Part shown: positions 55,539 to 64,000 of the stretch, piece by piece
Numbering within the stretch: position 1 is the first letter of the stretch
Layout: each line of letters opens with the position of its first letter
Assembly (NCBI GenBank): GCA_025594325.1
Contig: JANHCV010000001.1
Coordinates: 3,782,001-3,846,000, forward strand
Direction of reading: 5' to 3'
DNA from: Blastocladiella emersonii ATCC 22665
Taxonomy: Eukaryota > Fungi > Blastocladiomycota
DNA: 64,000 nt
Made by a program: the position numbers and the translations under genes
Notes under the pieces: generated by a model
Databases searched by the model: none
What the model was told of the DNA's origin: nothing
What the model saw: only the letters and a program-made list of their open reading frames with translations

Positions 55539-56873
55539 CTAGAGCTCCTGAATCAACACCTTGCTCGTCTTTGTCTGCGGTACGCGCCGCACCTGTGCCG
55601 CGGCCTCAGCGATCTCGCGCGCGTCGGCCTCGCGAGTATCGACGGCCCGCGTGAGGTCAATGACGAGCGGGGCGAGGATCTCCGGGTTAACCGCAGACCA
55701 CTTCGCGAGGGCGAGGTAGAACGCGACCTTCTTCTCGGTGAGGAACGCGCGGCGGCGGAGCTTCTGCATCGCGAGAGCCGATGCGTCGGTCAGCGCGGCC
55801 TTGGCGCGGCGCTTGGCCGCGTCGAGGCACCCCTGGAACATGAGCCGCAGGTGCTCGAGCGCGCGCAGCGGGTGCGTCGACGTGAGCGGGGTCACGAGCG
55901 CGAGCACGTCGCGCAGCAGGATCGGCAGGCGGTGCACGGACAGGAAGTAGGTCGGGTTCTCCATGGCGACGTGGACCGCGTGCTCGACAAACTCCTCGAC
56001 GTCTGAGTACGCGAACGCCTCGTTGGTGCCCAGGACCCGCGACACGGTCCAGACCACCTCGCACGCGTCGTCGCAGTTGCTCCCCGGGACGCCGAGCTCG
56101 CCGTTCATGAGCCGCGCCGCCGTCACGTACGCGAACAGGATCTCGAGCAGGTTGATGGCGAGCGACGGGTCCGCCGGGTCGGCGTGTGCGAACATGGGCG
56201 GGATCGCGGCGGGTAGAGGCGGCAGCGGTGACGGTTCGGTGGGCTCCGAGGGCTCGAGCTCGGGCTCCTCGGGGTCGAGTATCTGCACCTTGGGCCGCTT
56301 ATCAGCTGCGCCCGTCCACCACGGCTCCCACAGCGGGATCAGCTCGGTGAGCGCGGTCGGCAGCGCGTCCCGCTCAAGCAGCTGCTCGAATCGTTGCCGC
56401 TCCGCGGGCGTCATGCGCGCCAGTATCTGCTCGGGCGTTGCCGACTCTACGGTACACGCCTTGAGCGTCAGTGCGACACTCACGACCCGCGGTGAAAGCG
56501 GGCGTACCGAGCGTGATATCGCTAAACCTTGCCTGCGCCGAGTCCGGATCCTCGGCCTCGTCCTCGTCCATACCGTCCTCGGCAAGATCGAGGTTCTTGA
56601 GCGCGCGGACGACCGTCTCCTGCAGCTTGCGGTCGTCGACCTCGCCCGGCTTGGCCGTCATGTCGGTGATGGCCTCCTCGAGCTTAAACTGGTCGGCGCA
56701 CGCATCGTGTGCGGCCGACTTGTAGCACGCGAGCGAGCAGTAGCGGATCCCGCACCGCGGACACCGGTAGCTCGCGGATCGATCCGCCGCGGAGCAGCTA
56801 GTCGGTGATGCGGGTTAGGGTCTCATCCATAAGTTGCAGCTAGTCCTAGTTACATTTGGCAAGTTTGGTTCAT
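55539..56873 (-). CDS. HIT zinc-finger protein (ZNHIT2-like), multi-exon
   Basis: MNQTCQI/CSAADRSASYRCPRCGIRYCSLACYKSAAHDAC; WEPWW; LAINLLEILFAYV. Confidence 0.85.
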
Positions 56874-57020
56874 GGTGGTGCGTGCGTGAGGGAGAGAAGT
56901 CGGATCACGGCGACCGGCTTGACTTGACTTCACGAGCGCGACGCTCATCTTCAGACATGATATACATTGCATTGCAGCAAAACGAGCAATTGGGATCAAA
57001 ACGGGGGTTCTCTCTCACTC

Positions 57021-58981
57021 TCAAGATGTGGAAGCTGAAGCTGCTGGCTGGGGCGGCGGGATCGCCAGCGTAGCCTGGTACGCGGGCGGCTCGTCGAGCT
57101 CGATGGCGCTGAGGACACGGGACCGGCGCACCGAGAGGGACGGGATGCGCGCGGGGAGCGGGCCGGGCAGGGGCGGGGTGAAGACGCCCGAGTCAGGCCG
57201 GCGCGCCGACGGGGACGGCGGCGCGAGGTCCTCGTCGAGCGACATGGACGAGCTGGCGCGGCTCACGTCCATGCTCGGGTGCGGCGAGTCCTCGTACGGC
57301 TGCGCAAAGAAGGAGACCGTCGACGGCGTCGTCAGCGAGTAGTGCGGCAGCACGTCGAGCGCGAACGACGAGTGCCGATCGTTGGCCTCCTGCCACACAA
57401 ACGGCGAGGTGCCGAAGTTGACGGTCACCTGGCACGGGCCGTCGGCGCCGATGCACGGGTGGATCGGACACGCGGGCGCCGGCAGCCGCGTGGTGGCCTG
57501 CACGGGCGACACGGGCGGGGTATGTTGGGGCTGGATGTCGTCGTCGGTGCTGGCGGTGCTGTTGCTGCTGCTGTTGTTGGCGAGGGTGGTGGTGGTGGCC
57601 GAGTTGGCGTTGGGGTTTGAGTTGGTGTTACTCCTGCTGTTGCTGTTAGACCGCGGCACGAGGCGGCCGTTGACCGTGTAGCGGACGTGGCCGAGGAGCG
57701 TGTCGATGGCGACGCCGACCACGTCGTTGAGGCGGAGCAGCTGCTTCTGCGACGCGCGGAGGCGCGGCAGCGACCCGCCGTGGTACATGTCGGACAGCGG
57801 GAAGGCCGAGAGTCCGACGCTCCAGTTGTGCCGGCCCGGCAAGCAGTGCGGCGGGTAGGGCACGGTGGCGAGGCCGACAACGAGGTTGGTGGCGGGCGCG
57901 AGGGCCGTGATGGTGACCTCAAAGTAGAGCAGCGAGCGCGGCGGTAGGGCCTCCTCCTCGGGCAGCCACGGCACGGGGAGCGAGGTGACGACGGCGGTCG
58001 GGCGCATGGCGAGCGAGCGCCGCTTCGAGTTGGGCGAGAACGGGTAGAAGGTGATGGCGTGTCCGTCGACGGCGACCGAGTGCGAAGACCGGTCGGGCAC
58101 CACAAAGTACCACCCAGCAGGCGACGACATCTGGTTGATGATGGCCATGGGTACGGCCGACGCGTCGTTGAGGGCGAGGTTGACGAGCAGCGGGTCGGCG
58201 GGCGGCTCCTGCTGCAGCGACGGGTCCGCGGAGGACGCGTTCGGCACGGTACGGCTGCTCGCATGGCGCTCGAGCGTGTTCCCTGCCGACGCGCGCGGCT
58301 GGCCCGTCTGAGTCATGAGCACCTCGTCGTCGGAAAGCAGCGAGGTGGCGCCGCCGCGGCGCGAGCGCACCGTGTTGAGCGTCGACGACTGGAACTCGGC
58401 CGCGTCGCCGGCGTCGCTGTGGATGCCGAGGCGGCGCTCAAACTTGCTGAACCGGCGGTGCACGCGGCACCACGAGATGAGCACGCACAGGATCGCGGCG
58501 GGCACGACGATGGCAGGGACCAGCCACCACTTGCCGCCGGTGCCGTCCGACGACGACGGCGACGACGCGCGGGTCGGACAGCTGGTGGCGCGGGCGGTCG
58601 GGTGGCGCGTGCCGTCGTCACGGATGAAGACGCAGCCGGACTCGCCCGGCGAGCCGCTCACGGCGAGATCGACCCAGTACCCCGAGGCGCCGTCGGGGCC
58701 CGAGGCGACGTGGTCGTAGAGGTCTAGGCAGCGGATCAAGGGACGCGTGGTGAGACTCGATCGACGTAGTGGAACCACGACGTCGAGTGCGCACCTCCGT
58801 ACTTGGCGGCGGCAGCCGATCCCGGTGATGGCGACGTCTGCGGGAGTGGAGCCGCGACGACGGGGGCCGGCAGCAGCAGCGCACAAGCCACGACCGCAGC
58901 GGCAGCGAGGATCAGGAGGGCCGCCGACCAGCTGGGCGGTCGTCTGCGCGGCCGCGCATGGGCGTGCAGTCGCCGAGTCAT
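57021..58981 (-). CDS. Single-pass membrane SPRY-domain protein (Ssh4-like)
   Basis: Signal peptide, TM WWLVPAIVVPAAILCVLISW, SPRY motifs LYFEVTI, VVGLATVPYP...LPGRHNWSVG, NDVVGV, PCIGADG, VNFGTSPFVW. Confidence 0.85.
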
Positions 58982-59350
58982 GGGCGGTGGTGATGGTAGT
59001 AGCCGTGCGACGGCGTGGAGGGTATCCGATGATGGGTTGAGCGCGGGCAGGGTATCACGGTGCAGCAAGTCGCGGGCGTCGTCCTCCATGGCGATACATC
59101 AGGCGGGGCGGGCGCGCGAGATTGCCGGGAGCGCGGGCGCGGCGATGGCGGCGCGACGGGCATGGCGGGAGGATGGAGGCAAGACAGGCAGGAGGTCTGC
59201 AGAGGAAACTCTGTGATCTCCGCTGGAACGCCGCTCACGTGCCGAGTGTGAGACGCGTTTTGAGTCGCGTCGGCCCGCCGAGCCACCCTCTCCTCACCTG
59301 CACCGCCCTCGAGAGTCGGCCACGTACCCGGACACCAAACCTACGCCGAA

Positions 59351-60868
59351 ATGCCACCAACAACTGCACCCCATGCATCCTCATCGCCCGCGTCCCCCGT
59401 CAAGGGCCAGCCGGCGCCGGGCGAGTGTCGCGCCGCGTCGCCGGGCGCCGTGACGCGATCGCTCGCTCCGCCGCCCACCACGTCGCAGGCGACCGCCATG
59501 GCGCAGACCCTATGTATGCGCCTGCTCACTGAGGGGCACGTCGCGGCCTTTGCCGAAGCGTTTGAGCTGCTCGGGCTCGGCGAGGACGCGGACCACGGCG
59601 GGAGCGGCGCTGGGGCGGACGGAGGCTCTGCCCACCCAGTCGTTGAGCCCGACGCCCGTGCGATCGCTCGCACCAAGCTTCGCGCGTCGCCCGCGCACGT
59701 CCAGCGGCTGTGCGTCCACCTCGCCGCGCGCGAGGACGCCCTGCTCCGCACCCCGCCCACCGCCAATGTGGTGCCGCCGGCCCTGTACACGGCCACGCGC
59801 ACGCTCGCGCTGTTCCTCCTTGAGGCGCTGCCGCACGCCGCGACCGAGTATGCCCGGCGCGCGCTGGATCTTGCCCTAGCGATGCGCGCTGTGCCCCCCA
59901 CGCCGGCTACTCCGTCAACGGAACGAGCGTCGCCCGCGACTCCAGCGGCGAGCGTGGATCCCGAGACGGCTGTGCTCGAGTCGCAGGTGACCATGGCCGA
60001 CAGCTTGGCAATGCTTGGTACGCTTCACTTCCTAGCTAGCACGAGAGCAGGACTGACGCTTGGACAGACATGCACGCCGAGGCCATCGCACAGTACAAGC
60101 ATGCCCTGTCGATTCCCGAGGCCGTCGACCGACTCGTCATCTCGGCTCACCGCCTCGTACAAGCTGTACGACATCCCGCTCCCCGCTCTCGCTTCCCACT
60201 CGCTCACACTCATGTTCTTAACGATAGGAGGAGCGCGCTGGCCGGTGGGACATGGCCGCGGCGCAGTACCTCGACGTGCTCGCGTGCATCTCGCCCGACC
60301 ACCCGCGCGCGACGCAGATCGACATGGAGCTGCGCCAGCGCCTCGGCCTCGTGCGCCTGAACCTCGGCGACCTGAAGACGGCTGAGACCGAGCTCGGCGC
60401 GTTCCTCGACTGGGCCCACACCTCGCCGCCGCCGCCCGTCGACCCCGCCAAGCTCGCCGCGGACATTGGCGCCGCCTCGCTCGCCCTTGCCGAGTGTCGA
60501 GAGCAGGCCGGCGACCTCGAGACCGCCGCCAAAGTTCTCACCGACTACCTCGATGCTGCTGGGTCGACCGACCACGACTCAACCCACACCCAGCGCGCGA
60601 CGGTGCTCCTCGGCAATCTGCTGAACCGGCTCGACCGCGTAGGGCACGCGTCCGAGCTGCTCGCCACGGCCCAGGGCGACGCGGCCGCGTGTCAGCTCGG
60701 TATCGCACGAGGCGCCGCGCTCTTTGACGAGTTCCTGGGTACGTTTCGCGTCGTGTGCACGTTGAGGACCCTGCTCACTCGTCTGAACATCTCGTAGCGG
60801 CCGTCAACACGTCCACGCGCGACGTCTACGCGTTCATGGACCAGATCCACACTCGCAACGCTGCATAA
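59351..60868 (+). CDS. Tetratricopeptide-like protein (TTC29-like), multi-exon
   Basis: QTLCMRLLTEGHVAAFAEAFELL resembles the TTC29 N-terminus; helical repeats follow; CQLGIARG. Confidence 0.6.
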
Positions 60869-60901
60869 GACGACTGGAAACATGCAATAGTGTTGTTCAT
60901 T

Positions 60902-63900
60902 TCATACCCGCCGCGTCGCGCCGGTGCACCGGGAACCCGTCCGCCCTGCCGCCGCTGAGCAGCACCGTGAAGAACCCGACCCAGTCGTGGCCATCGCTCT
61001 GCTCGTCGGACGCGCGCAGCACAATGTCGGTAGCTGCGCCGCTGGCCGTGCCCGACGCGGTCCCACCCGCCGCCTCGACGAGCCACTTGAGCTCGGTCGG
61101 CCGCGTCGCGTGCCGCGGGACGCGCTCGCACTCGGCAAAGAACGCCGGCGTCATGTACACGTGGCGGCCGCGGAACGGCGGGTGCACCCACCGCGTGCCG
61201 CCGTACTTGTGCTCGCTGAGGAACCGGCCCGCGGCCGCCGAGTCGGTGAGCCACGCCAGGTTGTGGATCAGCCATCCGCCGTTCGCGATCACCGTCATGG
61301 CCTTTTTGGTGCTCGTGCCCTCGGGGGTGATCAGGTGCTGGACGTGTTGGCGGTGGTGAGCGAGTGAGGTTCGAGCGAGGAGCGAGCGTGTGAGGAAGCG
61401 TACCGTGACGTTGGCCGCGTCGGCGTCCTGATCGATGACGCCGCCGAGCTGGATAACGAGGGGCAGCAATCTCTGCAGACGAGCGCCGTTAACACACCGA
61501 GACAGTGACAGATGACCGAAATCAGACGTACCGCGCGCTCGTCGAACGAAAAGACGGGGTGCTTGCCCGTGAACCCAGAGAACGCGATGCGGTACTGCGC
61601 CGGGCGTGCCGGCGACGACGACAGCGGAGCCGCCGCCACCGCCTCGGCGGCAGCAAGCGTCTCGGCAGTCGCCAACCGCTTGCGCTTCTTGCTCGCGGGT
61701 TCCGCCGGCTTCGGCGTCGCGGCATCGTCGGTTCGGAGCGGATGCTGCGCCGTCTCGGGCGTCATGCGCGCGCGTTTTCCCGATCGGCCGGGGATGGGTG
61801 TCGTCGCTCCGGACACGGACGCGCCCGAGAGCTGCGCGCGCAGGTGCTCGACCTCGGCGGCGAGCGACTGCGACTGGCGCGCCGCGTCGTCGCGCTCGGA
61901 CTCGACGCGCTGGGTCTGCGCACGCGCATCGGCGAGCTGGCGCATGAGGTCCGCGACGGCATCGGACTTGGCGCGGCCGTCGGCCGAAGCAGCGTCGACC
62001 TGCGACTGCAGCGCGGCGCACTTGGCGGTGAGCGCGTCGAGCTCGGCCTGTCGCGCCGCGTGCTGCTGGTACGCGCCGCTGGCCCCGGTTTCGGCGGCCT
62101 GCAGCTTGCTGCGCAGCGCCTCGACCTCGCTCGTGCGCGCCTGGCGCTCGCGTTCGGACTCGGCCTGCATCGCGGCGAGCTGCCCGCGGACCTGCTCGAC
62201 GGCGGCCCGAGCCTCGGTGGTCTCGGCGTTGGCGCGCTGGACAAGCTGCGTCATATCCTTTTCGAGCCGCGCGCGGTAATCCTTGAACGACGCCACCTGC
62301 TTGGAGAGCTCGGCGGCGCGCGACTCGGCGGCAGCCTTGGCATCCGCAACCGCGCGCATTTCGACCGTGTACGCGTGCATAGTCGCGTTATGCTCCTCAA
62401 CGCTGCGTTCGAGGCTAGCACGCCGCGCCTCGGCGGCAGTCGCGGCGTCGGACGCGGCCTTGGCGCGGGCCTCGGCGGCCGCGAGCCGCGCCTCGGCGGC
62501 CGCGAGCCGCGCCTCGAGGTCCTTGACCGTGACCTTGAGCGCCTCGTGCGCCTTGACGCTGGCGCGCGACTCGCCGCGCGTCTGGCGGAGCTCGGCCGAG
62601 AACGACTCGGCGTGGCCCTTGTGCATGGCGATCTCGACCGTCGCCTGCTTGACCTCCTGCTCGAGCTCGGCCTTGGCCGCGACCGCCGCGTCGCGCGCGG
62701 CCGTCGCCTGCTGCAGCTCGTCGCGGAGGACGCGCAGCTGCTCGCGCAGATCGCGCGCGGTGCCCTCGAGCGCCTGCACCTCCGCGGCGCGCGCGTGCTC
62801 GGCGGCGCGCAGCTTCTCCTTAAGCCGGCCCACGTCCTCGAGGTGCGCCTGCTTCGCGGCGCGCACCTCGGCGTCGTTGGACCCCGAGTCGACGATCTTG
62901 AGGTGCTCGTCGACAAGGATCTTGATCGCGGCGACGGCACGCTCGACAGCGATCGACTCGGGCGTCATGCCGACGCCCTTGGGCTGCGGCACCGGGTACA
63001 GCTGGCCGACCTGCTCGTCGATGGTGCGCAGGGCCTCGAGCAGCGCCGCCTTCTCCTCGCGCATCATGGAGTTGCGGAACGCCAGGTCCGTCTCGCGCGG
63101 CGTCATGGCACCCGCGGGCGGCCCGTGGTGGTGCTGCGGCGGCGTCTGCATGCCGGCCGGCGTCATGTTGCCCGAGACGGGGAACGCCGAGGACGGGCGC
63201 GACGGCGTCGAAACGCGCGACGCCGGCGCGTGCTGCTGCTGCGCGCGCTGCGTCTCGAGGTGCCGCTTCAGCGACCGGTTCTCGTCGTCGAGCTGCTTGC
63301 ACCGGTCCGCCGCCGGCTTGAGCCGCGATACGGTCTCGGCAAGACGCTTGTTCTCGGTCTCGAGGCGCGCTACATTTCACCATTGGTGAGTGATTTCATT
63401 GTAACACGGTAGATGAGGTTGGACTGTACCCTTTTCGCTCGACATGCGCTCCAGCTCAGCACGGACCCGCGCCAGCTCGTCGTTCGCCCGTGTATCCAAC
63501 ATCGACGTGGCTGGACTCTGCGGCAGCGAGTTACCGTCGCGGATCGGGTCGAACGGCTTGGCCCGCTGCGCGTCGCGCGCGTCCGGGCGGCCCGGCGTCC
63601 GCGACCCAGTCTGCGGCTGCGCTGGCGCCGCCGACGCGAGATCGCGGAGCACCTGGCCCATCTCGCGGGACGACGACGCGAGAGCGGCCGCGAAGGCCGA
63701 GTGGATACCCGTCAGCCGGTCCTGGACGTGACGGGGCAGCGGCACGTCGAACTGCGGGACCGGCGCGTGCACGCTCGGGTACCGTGCCGGCTGGCTCGCG
63801 AAAGCCGCCTGCTGCGTGTTGTCGGCGGTCGACTCGATCTCGGACAGCGTGACGGAGCCGCCCGAGTGGTGGCGCGCGCGCGACGTGAGCGGGCTCGCCC

Positions 63901-64000
63901 CGAACGACGTGTGCGTCGTGTCGCCTGGCAACTGCGGCGGCGGCTGTGATCCAGGCGGTGCCTGCGGTGCGCCGTTCGCGTACTGCTGCTGCTGCGGCGG
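60902..64000 (-). CDS. Coiled-coil protein with C-terminal tandem BRCT-like domains (5' end lies beyond the window)
   Basis: Long heptad region, NLS-like SKKRKR, then YRIAFSGF...QLGG...HLIT...STKKAMTVIANGGWLIHNLAWLTDSAAAGRFLSE, and a second repeat with LVEAAGG. Confidence 0.8.

Overview
High-GC eukaryotic DNA with short spliceosomal introns (GTACGC/GTGCGC...YAG). It is inferred to be a zoosporic fungus, probably Blastocladiomycota-like, from composition and a TTC29-like flagellar gene. Most of the window is ordinary host genes: F-box, Cu-ATPase, mitochondrial S7, NEDD8, THOC1, septin, RNase H2A, GST-like, tyrosinase, PIG-M, Hikeshi/OPI10, GH26, SURF1, Sel1-repeat, MUS81, a 7TM orphan, ZNHIT2, SPRY, TPR and BRCT proteins. 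Two accessory regions stand out. (1) At 1.6-7.8 kb there is an apparently intact, 3-exon KDZ (Kyakuja-Dileera-Zisupton) transposase gene (~1277 aa). Directly downstream, on the same strand, lies a 3-exon orphan gene (~595 aa) that is not TET/JBP. (2) At 23.7-45.2 kb there is a seven-copy expansion of mitochondrial-type DUF3429/TMEM69-like membrane genes, with two pirin copies and two damaged copies. It contains a 1.45-kb apparently identical direct repeat (offset 16909) and a ~1.05-kb inverted repeat bracketing an RNase H2A + GST cassette. All family calls come from motif recognition by eye. No database searches were run, and the near-identical repeats could partly be assembly artefacts.
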